A stretch of 54,911 nt of DNA from Diploschistes diacapsis (GCA_023645945.1 JALAIB010000007.1:1-54911); one strand, 5' to 3'; numbered from the stretch's first letter, positions 1 through 12,278 are shown. Notes: generated by a model from the sequence alone, not told the origin. Made by a program: numbers and translations.

Positions 1-2
1 CC

Positions 3-827
3 CACCTCAAAACTTTCCCCGTAACCGCCCTCTCCTCCTCCGCCCAGGTCCCCACCCTGGTGACCCACTCCTCCGCCATCCTCGCGCTCTTCCAACTCCA
101 CTACAACGGCTGGCACGGCTACCGCGTCGCCGGCCGCATGCTTTACGAGCTCCTCTCCCAGCACGACCCACGATTCTTCCACCTCACCTCCCCCGCGCCC
201 TTCTCCTGCCCCTCTCCCAACAGCACCGACGCCACGGACCCAAGCGCGCACGACGCCGTCGCGGCCGGCGCCTCCGTCATCTGCCTCGACGCGCCCGCCA
301 GCCTCGCGCATGCCACGAAAGCCTCGTGGCGCGCGCGCATCGCCCGCCTGCGCAGCCAGAGCGCGACCTTCTTCGGCTACGGCGCCACCATACCCATGCC
401 GTGCACGGGCTACCGCGTGCGGCCCCGGTGGCGGTACGCGGCGCCCGTCGGGGCCGCGCCGCCGCGGCTCGCGAATCCCATCCTGTTCGTGTCGCAGACG
501 CTGGACCCCATCACGCCGCTGGGCAGCGCCGAGGATGCGGCGGGCCTGTTCGAGGGGAGCGGGCTCGTGGAGGCGCAGGGGGTGGGGCATTGTAGTTTTG
601 GCTGGCCGAATGTGTGTGCGGCCTCGGAGGTGAGGCGGTATTTTCGTACGGGCGAGGTTAGCCGGGAAAGGGTGGTTTGTCCGCCGGCGGTCGGGCCGTT
701 TGAGACGGAGGCTGCGGTGAGGGAGAGGTTGGCGGGGTTTGAATTGGGGCAGGAGAGGGAGGTGCTGGAAGCGTTGGTCGGGGTGGCGGGGAATTGGCCG
801 CCCGGTTTGGATATGGGGGGGTATTGA
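3..827 (+). CDS. TAP-like alpha/beta hydrolase (Abhydrolase_4 C-terminal domain), 5'-partial
   Basis: The frame is open from position 3. It contains PILFVSQTLDPITP and GVGHCS (catalytic Asp/His region) and a C-terminal VRRYFRTG..C motif typical of tripeptidyl-aminopeptidase-like hydrolases. Confidence 0.8.
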   Translation, partial: HLKTFPVTALSSSAQVPTLVTHSSAILALFQLHYNGWHGYRVAGRMLYELLSQHDPRFFHLTSPAPFSCPSPNSTDATDPSAHDAVAAGASVICLDAPASLAHATKASWRARIARLRSQSATFFGYGATIPMPCTGYRVRPRWRYAAPVGAAPPRLANPILFVSQTLDPITPLGSAEDAAGLFEGSGLVEAQGVGHCSFGWPNVCAASEVRRYFRTGEVSRERVVCPPAVGPFETEAAVRERLAGFELGQEREVLEALVGVAGNWPPGLDMGGY

Positions 828-979
828 GTTGGTGGTGGGAATGGAGAATATGATATGTTATGTCTTAATGAAGTGGATGAGTACCTTTAAGCTATATTGC
901 TATATTGAGAGTGTGCTTCAAACATTGAGAGGCGTGTCCTATAACTTATAAAACATTACTTAACTGGGTGCAAACTAGT

Positions 980-3855
980 CTATTGCATCGAGAGCGTAAA
1001 GCCTTTTGTCAGAGGCATGCTCACGTTCGCGCTTACGACGCTTCCGTTGGTGTATGTCCATGCACTAGACATCAACTTCTTTCCGTTAAGAGATATGCTG
1101 CTCGGCGCCTGGCTTACTCCAAGCATCTTTACTGTCTGGATACTGTTGTTCGTCGCGTACTTGAATGTACCTCCCACGCTTAGGGTTCTGTTCCGATACG
1201 TAAAGTTGAGCAGAGAAGTTGCGTTCTGCACAATCGATTCTCCGTCGTCCAGATAGAGTGATCCCGATGCCGTTCCATCCAAGCCGGGCGCCACGAGCAA
1301 CTCGAAGTTCTGCTGCCTCAGTGCGGTCGTTGTATTCGCAGACTGTGCCCTCATCGGCACGACTGACCCACCGCGGATGTGCAACGGGATGTCATCGAAT
1401 GCGATGTTCGTCAAGGTCACGTTCGCGCCCTTACCACATACCGGGGCTAGGGTCCAGAAGTCGTAGAACTGGTTGTTAGGCAAGTACATCGTAACCGAAG
1501 TTGAATTTTCATCCGTTACAGGGGAAACGAGGATGGACTGGCCGAAGAAGAACTGGAGATCCACGTTTAGGGTGTTGGCATCGGACGGATAGAGGAAGAA
1601 TAGTGGGTTGAGTGTTGGGGTTCCATCTGTACTCTGATGATACATTGCCGTGTAGAGATAGTCGAGAAGCTGATACCGGGCGGCAATTGCCTTGCGAGCA
1701 GCTGAAGCGACGATCGGCCAGTTGTAGAATTCTTGGGGCGCAGCATCGTTCGAGGCATGGTTCCGATAGAAAGGATAGAATGCACCAAGCATGGCCCAGC
1801 GGGAGCAAAGCGTGGAGGTGGTGTTGAGCGCGTAGCCGCAGACGTCGGCGCCCACCATGGGGAGCTGATAGATACCCGCGAACGCCATGATCCCTGAAAT
1901 AGAATTGCGGTACCATTGCCAGCCTGAAGCATTGTCGCCAAGCCAATGGCCCACCTTCGCACCAGCACCAGCGAAGGTCGATCGAGTAATTACCATTGGA
2001 CGGACAGTCGGCCGACGACTGAGAAGCGCATTGCGGCTTACAGAGCTCATGGTGGTCCCATAGAGATTGTGCGTGTCATACTCGGCTAAACCATTGGAAT
2101 GAATTAGATCGGTGGAGATTGTCAAATTGCTCAGTCCGCCAGCGGCATTTTGAATTCTGTAAGGTGGATTGATAAGGTTTCGGCCTGGTAGTCCAGTCAT
2201 GTTACCTCCGGGTTGTCTTTTCGAAGGGGGCTGAAAGTCAGCAGGAAAGCCTGGGAGATGAGGCCAAGTTGTAATCAAGGGAGGTGCCGGTGGTGGAAAT
2301 CCATTCGTAGTTGCATAACCGCTCGGATCACTACACTACGCCCAGTCAGCAAAGCAGTCTTTCTCTAACATCTACAGCTGCAGGACATACTGGGTAGTGG
2401 CAGAAATTACTCGCTTCTGCAGAGAATATTAGCTGTGGGGATAACACGGCACCACGCGGAGCGCGCCACAAGCTCACCGTTCATATCTATCCAGAGGGCG
2501 TCGATGTTAACTCCAGTCTCGGCATTGAAGAAGCTGTCGAATTCGCCGTCCCAGTAAGTCTGTGTATCTGGATTCATCCAATCCGGAAACGCAGTCACAC
2601 CCGGCCAAACAACACCTAGATTGTATCTGTCAAAAAATAGCCCCAATTGGAGAAAGATCTCGGTTACCTTGGAAGATAGAACCGTTCCTGTTTTTCAAGA
2701 AAGCTCCTAGTTGGACGCCATTGTTAAAGGCGCTGTAGTTTTGGTAGGCCACCGCAGGGTCAACCATCACAATATAGTGTTGGTTATGGTCATGGAGATA
2801 GGTGACCAGTTCTTGCATTTTCTCCAGCGGGAAGTGAGTGGGGTCCAAAGTGAAGACCTTCCTTTCGTCCATGTAGTCTATGTCAGTCCACATTGTCTCA
2901 AGTGGGATGGAAGCGTTGTAGTAATTCTGGACAACCTCTGCCACCACCGTCCACTGTGAGTACCCGTATTTGCACTGGTGATATCCATGACCCCAGTAAG
3001 GCATCATTACCGACTTGCCAACGACCTCGCTGTATTGCCGTGCAACATCAATGGGACTTGGTCCGGCCATGAAATACAGGTCTACAATTCCGCCGAGAGT
3101 GTTGTACTCCAGATATTGACCGGTGGCTTCGGTGTTGTTGATTTTGATATCCATGCCATTAGAGTTAAGCAAGAATACCCCATGGGTCTGATTCAAAGCT
3201 TGACGGTGCTCAAAGTAAATCGGGTGATTTCCGTACAGATTGGTACCAGCAGGAACCTCGTACGCATCACGTGACCACAGAGTTCTGGTGTAATTGGTTG
3301 TGTTCCGGCGAAAGGCATCTGTATCCTCGCCTAGTCCATAGATGTTCGGGTCAGTGGGTAACGAAGTCCGCAAACACAAGTACTGAGATTCAAATATCAG
3401 AGGCGATCCACTGGTGTTGAAGAGTGTCTCTTGATTAGACTTTCTCTGGACGGCGAACGAGAAGGGATGGTGGTTGAGAATAAAATCCAGATCAGAGCCC
3501 TTCCCAGACGAGATGTTGCTGCCTTTAGGTGGATCCAAAACGAATGAGGGCACCTGGTATACTTGTTGCGCCGCATCGTATATCTGAACATGGAGACGAG
3601 TCGCTGTGATGAGTAGTGGTTAGCACACGGTGCCTCACTTGCAATAGCCTTTAGCCTACCTGTCTGATACTCAACGCTCAGGATCAGATCATCCAAGTCG
3701 GTCCCATATATGTTACAAGCTGATCCAGCTAGCTTCAGGCGTGCAGTAAGACCAGTTGATGTCTGCGAGACATTCTGTGCTATATACCCAGGGCATGTTG
3801 CGCATCTGGCAATGCCTAGAAAAGCTAGAGCGACCACAGAGGATCTCAACCCCAT
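980..3855 (-). CDS. Secreted GH31 alpha-glucosidase, 5 exons (3855-3660, 3603-2668, 2615-2478, 2416-2391, 2335-980)
   Basis: Signal peptide [20 protein letters not shown]31 motifs include [17 protein letters not shown], the spliced nucleophile motif WIDMNEASNF, HWLGDN and [10 protein letters not shown]. Canonical GT-AG introns restore the frame. Confidence 0.93.
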
Positions 3856-4554
3856 CTTGAATTGAGCAGCGAGACGTTGCAAGACCCCCCCGCAAACCAA
3901 GAGCAGGCAGCCCCATCTTTATATGCGGCCTTCAAGAGCTCCAAGGTTTTCAACCAATCTTGAAGCCTCCTAAATTTACAGAGACGGCTGCATAGACGCG
4001 CATTTTTTGATTTGTCTTTCTCCTAGCCCAGTCGCGGGTACGAATGTGTTATTGAGCCCAAGAGCACCGCGAGCTCCACGAAATGGAAGAATCGTCTCGC
4101 TAGCAACGCCTGTGGATCCTTCCATCCCCGCACTGAGGGGTTTAGCCATTGATCGTGATAAGACAACCGTGGCTGCGCAGTAGTATCCTCTGCCGAGCAG
4201 GTAGGCCCTAACGATCGGAGTGAGCCTTAAAGCCCAAAAGCTCTGGTCTCTGTCCTGTGTAGGTACTAGGTAGTTTGGAGAGACGATGGAACTCGAAGTT
4301 CCCAAGTTCACTTCTAATCAGGAAGGATAATTTTCTCGGATGCGCTAATCCAAATAGGGCAAGAGCAGAAAGTGGTGGATCAATCTTCAGGGGTCACTGA
4401 GGTATCAATACACCAGCAACTTGTTCGAAACGCCTTTGGACTCTCCTGTTTACTGAACATTTGTCTGGGACAAATCGGGAAGGACTGTCTGCCACGATCT
4501 GAGGGGATATTGGCCTCGGGCGCGGTGTAATCAAAGACCGGCAATTATCTATTA

Positions 4555-5448
4555 ATGACTGGTCAAAGGTTTTCCGTCAATTTGGTAGGAGATGTGATAA
4601 CTAGGCCGCTTAATCGACTAGCCATTTCCAATACATGTGCACGAGCCTCTAGAAGCTAGGATCATAAGCTTCGTATTGAGCTCTAATCCTCAACTCAAGC
4701 AATACTATCAGACTCGCCGTGGGGCAACAAACTGGCTTTGTTTCATGCCAGCGATCTCAATATCATCAACCTGGAAACATCCCGTAACGCCATCTTGATT
4801 GTAATTGCCGGAGAAGGTATTCAATTACCGCATGCACCCAGAGAATATCAGTGTGCTGCATTTAGCAAAAATCACATACGCTGGTCTTGCTAATAACCAT
4901 ACGCTTGACTTTGGGTTCAATTTCATCGATTACACCCAGCAGACACGGGAGCGACTGAGGAACCTCATCGCAGATTCTTCGAACTCTCATCAGAGTCACC
5001 CTCTGCTCTGAAATTTTTCAGCGTCCATTGGGGGCCAAACTGCTCTTGGAAGCCTTCGGAAGACATACAATTGCTGGCACACTATCGATGGGTGGGTGCG
5101 ATACCGATATCATTTATGGCCATTCCTCACATCATGTCCAGGGTGTCGAGGTACATAAAGGCAAGCTCATAATCCATGGTTATTGTGACTTTGTTGATGA
5201 CTATGCACTTGTACCAGAATATCCAATGATCTATCCGCCGTTTAGAGAGTTAATATAGTGGAGGATGGTCGACGCCTTAATTTAGATTGTTTGGAGAATT
5301 TCCACACGAGAATCAGATGCAGCGGCTCAAGCCAAGCGACGAGGATGCTGAATGGCTGAAAGGGAATCTAATCTCTCTCTGCGCGGAGCTTGGGACAGGA
5401 ATTAAAAATGATCTTGGCAAGGATAACCAACTGGTGATTAGACTGTAG
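4555..5448 (+). pseudogene. Degraded CapA / poly-gamma-glutamate-synthesis-like metallophosphoesterase
   Basis: Motifs occur in the expected order across several frames: VNLVGDV, LGRLID*(TAG 4619-4621), DLNIINLET, KVFNYRMHP, LANNHTLDFG, SVHWGPN, DIIYGHSSHHVQGVE, DFVDDYAL. Multiple frameshifts and stops lack splice signals that would remove them. Confidence 0.8.
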
Positions 5449-5747
5449 TATAAAAAAGCTTGCGCTCAATTGAAAAGGCTACTAAGCAGTAGTGCGTTTC
5501 TATCTTTCCCCAGAATGATGGAGTCTAGAAAAAGCAAGAACAGCGCAGGGGCAAGAGGTGGCATAGAATTGGAAGAACCAACATTGAAATTACCTTAGCT
5601 GCATTTTGACTGCGCCGAGATATGCAATCATAACCATGCTCCGACGCCCAAGCCAGTCTAACATGCACAGTATAATTGAGCGTACCGAACACCTTGCTTA
5701 CCGTAGCCTCTGTATCTTTCGCGAGATTTTGAACACCTTTAAATAGC

Positions 5748-7535
5748 TCAGCGAGCCTCCCGCCGTTGTACATCCCGCAGTTCCTTCAACACCACCGAGT
5801 TGAATTCTTCCCAACCGTCGAGATAGACATGATGCCCTGCCTTCTTAATAATCACGACTCTTGAGCTGCCGTTATCACTCTTCTTCTCCTCTTCAGTTGC
5901 TGTAGCCAAGAACTTTTCTTGCTCATCCTTCAATTTCTTTTGTGAATCATATCCTCCGCCAACGTCCATCCAGTCGTTTTCTCCATAAAGGAAGATCACA
6001 GGGAAACCCGACTCACGTTGGCGTTTCCCTTCCTGTAGATTCGATGACGTCGATCCTTGTGGAGTTATCCATTGACGGCCAAGCCCTCCAATTCTTCGGA
6101 TTAATGGTGATCGTGCATAAGCACCCGGTGCCAGGATGTAAGCAAGTGCATACTCACCGGATCCTCTCTGTTTGAATAACGAGTATGCGTAGGTATGCAT
6201 AGCTTGCGATTCTTCAGCCGGAAACTGTGAGAATCTTCTCGACGTCCAGCCAGAAACGAATCGTGGCCCGAGAGGTCCAGCCCATCTGACCAAGCTGAAT
6301 GGCGATATATTAGCATCCCATAAGTAGGTGACCCATTTGGAAAGCGGTTTGCGTGGAGGTTCTTCCCCGTTTACTGCAGCCTCCTCGCCTTTGGCGCGCG
6401 CATTCATGAAATTGTTTTTGTTAGTTGATGTGCTTTCACTCTGATCCTGGGCGATCTCGGCTTCGATTGCAGGGTCGGCTGGATCCGGAAGATCTGAGTT
6501 GACGGCATATGGATCTTCGGGAATGCCAACTGGGGAGACAAGGAAGAGTTTGTTGACATGACCTGGATATTTTAGACAATAGCAAGCTGCTAGATAGCCT
6601 CCTAACGAATGGCCGAACAGCGTGAAGCGTTCCAGATTACGTTCCTTTCGCCATTCTTCTAAAGAGTCCACGAACCAATCCTCTGCCTCCCTTATACTCG
6701 CTTGACGATCCTTAGCACGGATTCTGAACGGTGGCCGGCTGCTACGGCCCATGCCGAGAAGATCCAGTGCGTAGATCTTCCAGCCTTCCGCTCGGCTTAA
6801 CCCTTCAAAATTCTTGTAAAAAAATCCTAGACCGGCACCGTAGCCATGCAGCATAACCAGATTTTGATTCACATCTTCCCCAACTCTTTCTACCGAGAGC
6901 TCATTTAGCGCTCTGTTCTTCCCGCTCAATCTGATAAGGTTCGATTGCCACCGGCGTGGACCGTAAGGATCGTCTTTGGACACTTTACTTGCGGAGCTCG
7001 TTCTGTGAAGCATATCGCCATTCGCTGGTGCTATTGATCCGTCTGTTGCTGGCTTGGGAGCCGGCATTGCAACATTAGACTGTGTTGGAGGAGATTGGAG
7101 ATAAGGTATGAAAGACAAAACATTATGCTCTGCAACAGCCGCTGGAACATTTGCCCACTGACCTGCGTTAGCCCCGGCAAGTTAGATACCTTGTACACAA
7201 CGTACCCATTGGCTAAAAGTATCTTTGTAGCTAAGTGGGAATATTGCGAGCCTGCTCTTGGGCTTTTCTCCCTTGGCTTCCGCCTCCTCCTTTGCACGTT
7301 GTGATGCCAACATCGCCTTCCCCCTTCTCTCAGTATCGTCAGCCGTGGCCATGGCCGAGTATGTGCGCGTCGAGGCTTGTGGAGAAGGAAATCGTCGCAG
7401 CAGTAGTTGCTTTGATATCAATGCGCTGATGTCGAAAAGATGACGTAGGCTCGATTTCTGTCTCCTTGGTGCTGGCAAAGAACGGGTGAAGGCGCTTGCT
7501 GAGTATATATACCAAGACAAAGGAGACACACGCAT
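5748..7535 (-). CDS. CLD1/ECM18/ICT1-family alpha/beta hydrolase (cardiolipin deacylase-like); intron 7158-7205; alternative start at 7352
   Basis: Motifs HGYGAGLGFFYKNF, DLLGMGRSSRP, the GHSLGG lipase motif and AGHHVYLD (HX4D). The spliced junction reads FSQW|WANV. Confidence 0.88.
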
Positions 7536-7758
7536 TTATCAGCTTCGGAAACAAGAATATATGTAAGAGAGCTTTGGATAGCTGCCTAGAGCACAGCGTC
7601 CCTCTGAAATACAAAATACAGTACGTGTAGATATTCGTCCGAGTTGCGGACGGAATCGGGAATCGGGGGGAACATGCTCGGATATAACGCTTGTCTATCG
7701 CTTCTTGCTGCCTTGGTGCTGCTGCTGTGAATTTTGAGTATCTACCAGCAATAGTACC

Positions 7759-8991
7759 ATGTCGGGAAGATCTGGTTCTGAGCTGGATCAAGTTGTCAAA
7801 GGCGCTGCTCCCCTCGACACACCGGAACCTCCACTTACATCTAGATCTCCGACCCCCGCATTCGCGCTCAATAGCTCAGATCCTCGCAGCCCTTTGCACC
7901 CATCGCACCACTCGAGTCAAGATCCATTGGCCACTTTGCCATCGTCACCTCCACAAATCTATCTGAACCTCTTGATCCTTGAAGCATCCCTTCGTTCACA
8001 ATATCTCTTACTTCGGGCTAGGCGGAGACAGAACACCTTCTTTCTGCTGCTTTTGGCGCTGTGGAATGCTTACTTTTTCTACGCGCTATTTTTGCATCCT
8101 CGGGAAGATGGAAGCGGTATTGGTGGCTCGGTGTACTGGGTCGTCGAGACGGGTGAGAAGGTAGCATTGATGGGAGGCGTTGTTACGGGGATTTTGATCT
8201 GGGGAACTGGACAGTGGGAACGTGGCGTGAGATGGCCTCGTCGCTTTATCGGCGTGACGAACAGAGGTCTGCGGACGATGAACTGCAAAATCATCGTCAT
8301 TAAACGTCCTTGGTGGAGGGAAATGTTCAGCCATCTCTCAATTCTATTTCCTTTCTATGGCCTGACGGGATCGTCCTTTCATTACGTGGATGCGCCTTCT
8401 GAGAAGAAAAGTCACTTCTTTAGGCCTGGACATGAAGACGAGCCAATTGTCATTTGGGAAGAAGATCTAACCCCGGGAGGAGATTGCATAAAGCTATTGC
8501 TGCTACCGAAGCCCTTTTCTGCCGACTTTCGTGAAAACTGGGAACTATACAGAACAGAGTACTGGGAGAGGGAGAACGAAAGGCGCGCAATGCTACTAAG
8601 GCGTTTGCAGGAGCAGGAGAAACAGATAGCAAGGTCAGAGGGCGGCTGGCTGTTTTGGATTTTTGGCATCTACCGCAAAAAAGCCCGGCCTCAACGAAGA
8701 GATACCGATCTGGAAAAGATGTCTGTTAAAGCCGTGCCGGAAAAAGATCTCAAGAAGAATGCTCTGCGTCAAGACCCTCACTCTCGTACTAATTCGAGAA
8801 GCAGTACGCCGGGAAGCCTGGACGAAGAACGACCGCCGTCTCGTGGCTCCGGTAGAAGGATGGGAAGTTTTAGCGAGGGTAAAAGGAGGCCTAAGATTTC
8901 TGCTCTGGCTGGTGACCCCAGACCGAACAGATCATCACTGTCGAAAGGGAGTAGTAGTCTCAGCACCTTATCTACGAGTGACAGTGCGTGA
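7759..8991 (+). CDS. SPO7: Nem1-Spo7 phosphatase regulatory subunit
   Basis: PPQIYLNLLILEASLRSQY, followed by two hydrophobic segments and FRENWELYRTEYWERENERR. Confidence 0.88.
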   Translation: MSGRSGSELDQVVKGAAPLDTPEPPLTSRSPTPAFALNSSDPRSPLHPSHHSSQDPLATLPSSPPQIYLNLLILEASLRSQYLLLRARRRQNTFFLLLLALWNAYFFYALFLHPREDGSGIGGSVYWVVETGEKVALMGGVVTGILIWGTGQWERGVRWPRRFIGVTNRGLRTMNCKIIVIKRPWWREMFSHLSILFPFYGLTGSSFHYVDAPSEKKSHFFRPGHEDEPIVIWEEDLTPGGDCIKLLLLPKPFSADFRENWELYRTEYWERENERRAMLLRRLQEQEKQIARSEGGWLFWIFGIYRKKARPQRRDTDLEKMSVKAVPEKDLKKNALRQDPHSRTNSRSSTPGSLDEERPPSRGSGRRMGSFSEGKRRPKISALAGDPRPNRSSLSKGSSSLSTLSTSDSA

Positions 8992-9715
8992 TGAGAATTT
9001 CGCGATTCAGGGCTTCAAACCAGTAGAGAAACCATCCAGCTTGGGAATCCGAGCTTTCCCTGTGTACTATGGTTCGATAAAAGGATTTCCATGCTCATTC
9101 CCATCCATCCCCTTGTAGAGGTAAGAATAATCTGCATACCAAACACCTTTGCCGCCATTTAAGCCCACACCAGAGCTCGAGAGACGCTTCAGATCAATTA
9201 TAAATCAAACTTGAAGTTCAAGTAATTTTGGTCTATATTGCACTTGATCTGAAACATTTTTAAAGCTCTTGTACAGGCATAAAGTGGTGCAAGAGGAGTC
9301 TAAAGCCTGTTGAGTTCATCCTATTATGGCTGTAGTACATATTCTCCTTACAGTGCTCAAATAACCTTAGTACTTCAACACATAAATCGGTCGCTGCTCT
9401 TATTGTTGTCCATTGACCTTTCTTTAACTCGATCCTTCTCTGTTGGCCTTAAACACCGTTCGTGCTTGCAGAGTCTAGTACTGAGGTAGTAGAGACATGT
9501 TCGACACAGCAGAGGCAACGGCTTCCCCAATTACTTTGGCGCGAAGTTCTGTCTTAACTCTTGAAGACATGGCGTGTTAAGTACATCTATTCGGCTACAA
9601 AGTTGTATCGCAAAACATTTATCTCTCATTCATTTCATCAATCATTCATTCCATCTGTTTTCTCATTAATACTCTTGGAAGCGGAGTTATAGCGACTCAA
9701 GTGGACCTCGTCACA

Positions 9716-10708
9716 ATGCTGGGGACTGATCGGGACTTTCTTCAGGTACCTCAAGCTAACCAAGAACGAAGCTTTAAGGTACCTTCGCCACCTCGCATAT
9801 TCGTGCCGCCCCCTATCATTACTCGGGCGGTTGAGCCGTCGATGGACTTCGTCCAGCGGGTTAAAGATTTCGAATCTATTCGATTCAGCGGCCCAGATTT
9901 CCTCCAGCTGGTTACCTACGGGAATTGGAGAGCTCGTGACCATGTCATTGATTGGAAGTACGAGGAAAGGCGAACGGCACAAGAGATCCTCCCTTTCTTG
10001 TTCCTCGGCCCCGTTGCTGCTGCTAGAGACCGAGCGTGGTTGCAGGAACACGGCATCACAATGGTGCTGGGGGTGAGGGATGCACTCTCGGCACATGCGA
10101 TGTTATTGGTTCCCAAAGCACCTGCAGACCTAGGTATTCCACTCGTTCACATCAACATCAGGGGTACACCGCAACTCGTTTCTGCTTTTCCAAACGCGCT
10201 TGAAACTATCAATACCCATCTAACAGAGAGGTACAAACTTTACAAGTCTCAGCCCAAACAACCTCATATATCCAACCCGATCCCTGGGCGGGTGCTTGTT
10301 TTTTGCGAGACGGGCAATGAAAGATCAGCGACGCTTGTAGCGGCATATATCATGGCAATGTATTCAGTGGATCTAGTCAGCGCTATCCAGATTGTGCAAT
10401 CCCAGCGGTTTTGCGTTGCTATTGACGATCCTCTGAAGTGGCTTCTGAAATCTTACGAAGATATCCTAAAGGCCAAGAGGGACGTGGCAAACGCTACAAA
10501 CCAAGCTTTTGATGCGGGTATAGCGGTCAATTCGGATTATCTTGGATCTCCTCGCGAGCAACTTAAGCCAGGAATGGGAACGCGGAAACGAAGCATGGAG
10601 CAGATGAACGAAGAAGAAGTCACCATGGCTGACGCGACAGAGAACGATTCAAATACGGGTCAAGATAGTAGAAGGGCAGGAACAGCGCCATTCTCTGTAT
10701 ACTGCTAG
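9716..10708 (+). CDS. Dual-specificity phosphatase family protein (STYX-like)
   Basis: WKYEERRTAQEILPFLFLGP, a P-loop-like VLVFCETGNERSA, and AAYIM...VQSQRFC. Confidence 0.85.
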   Translation: MLGTDRDFLQVPQANQERSFKVPSPPRIFVPPPIITRAVEPSMDFVQRVKDFESIRFSGPDFLQLVTYGNWRARDHVIDWKYEERRTAQEILPFLFLGPVAAARDRAWLQEHGITMVLGVRDALSAHAMLLVPKAPADLGIPLVHINIRGTPQLVSAFPNALETINTHLTERYKLYKSQPKQPHISNPIPGRVLVFCETGNERSATLVAAYIMAMYSVDLVSAIQIVQSQRFCVAIDDPLKWLLKSYEDILKAKRDVANATNQAFDAGIAVNSDYLGSPREQLKPGMGTRKRSMEQMNEEEVTMADATENDSNTGQDSRRAGTAPFSVYC

Positions 10709-11034
10709 GCATGGCTCAAGAAATATCCATCGAGCTGCAGAACGTGGCATGCAGCACACTTGTAAGGAAATCCGAAGAGCATCAGGAGAGCTTAGAATAG
10801 CCGATGACCCCTTCGAGAATATCCTATTGAATCATTAGGAAGATTCACTACAGTGCTTAATTTACTTTGCAAACGGAAATGTGTAAACTTTCTAACTCTG
10901 AACACAAGCTGTTACTCAAGAATCGTATCTTCCTTCTTTCATCCTTTAGAATCTCGGTACTGGTTTTCTTTACATCAGCTTATCAGACCGAAGTATTATC
11001 ATCCATTGTTTTGCTACAGCCAGACTTCGAAACG

Positions 11035-12278
11035 ATGAGACTACGAAGCAAGATCAAGAAGCCCCAGAAAATTGATGAGGAGGACGACTATCTGCCGTCC
11101 CTGCCACCAGCTAGAGAATCACCACCACGCAAGCGGGGGCTCACGAAGAAGGAAGAATTCAGCCTGAAGATACTGGGAACTTCGAAAGCATTCAATCCCA
11201 GCTTGAGATCTGCAGCCTTTCCCACCCTTCCTCTAGGCACGATAAACAATACGCTTAATGTGCGGGCGAACACCACCAGGGCAGCTGAAAAGAAAATCAC
11301 AAACCTGGAAGCTGCAACCGACTTTCCACGAGGGGTAAAAGAGGTGCTAAGAAGGATAGCTGAGTTGCCCATCCAGTCTCGCGAGAACACCATTCACCCA
11401 ATCGACAATACCAACAATACCCATGACAATCAAGACGCGCTCACGGTCCGAGATACAGGAGATAGAACCCACACAGTGAGTGGCGCAAGCATCGAAGTTG
11501 GCACTCAGCAGCCGCATAGTAGCAAGATCCTGCCAAGACAGATACCACTCCGAAGAGAAAGCGTGGCCGAGAACAAGACCCTTCCACGTCGTAGTGGAAG
11601 CACTACTGCAGCAAGCACAAGGCAATCGTCTCCCGCAAACACAGGGTCAGTGGAGCTGGTGGACCTAGTGGATACTCCTGAACGGCCCAGAGCAGGAAGC
11701 CAGAGCCAGGAGGAGGTTGTTGCAGCTATTGAAGAAATATTCAAGGAAGACCCAATTGAAGACAGGACACCAGATAGCTCGATCACTTTAGTTCCATTTC
11801 AGGTTTGTTCAACCTTCAAAACCAGCCCTTCCTTGTTGTTTCGGCAGGAAAAGCTAACGAGACCATATTTTAGACCACGCTCAAATTTCGACATCCAACC
11901 CTAAAGTTTGCTACGAAGCGACAGTGCAATATATCATTAGGGGACAGCAGCAAAGACAAGAACGAAGAGGAACAGACTACTCACGACGCAGACACTGCGA
12001 AGAAGTATGTATCCGTCGACAAGGCGGCCATGGCTCAAGAAACGAATGACGAAGCGCCAGATAACAAGACGCGAAGAGCACCAACAAAAGCTGAGCCGAA
12101 GCCGAAGCCACCCAGGAAACGAAGGGAGACCTACAGCAACAAGAGGAAGCTACAGAAAGACGCCGTTGACAGCCGTGTCGAAGGTGCAAGGGAAGGACAA
12201 AAACCGCAGAAGAGACCTGCTGGAGATTTAGACCAGGAAACCCCAAGGCCTCGAAAGCGAGAACGGAAGAAGAAGTAA
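11035..12278 (+). CDS. Hypothetical low-complexity basic protein; intron 11803-11873
   Basis: The exon 11035-11802 and the exon 11874-12278 join in phase 0 through a GTTTGT...GCTAAC...TAG intron. K/R-rich N- and C-termini suggest a nuclear protein. No family recognised. Confidence 0.6.

Noticed and set aside
10867..11034. TTG-initiated hydrophobic N-terminal extension of the 11 kb ORF
   Set aside because: Non-ATG start in T-rich, UTR-like sequence. ATG 11035 is the more plausible start.
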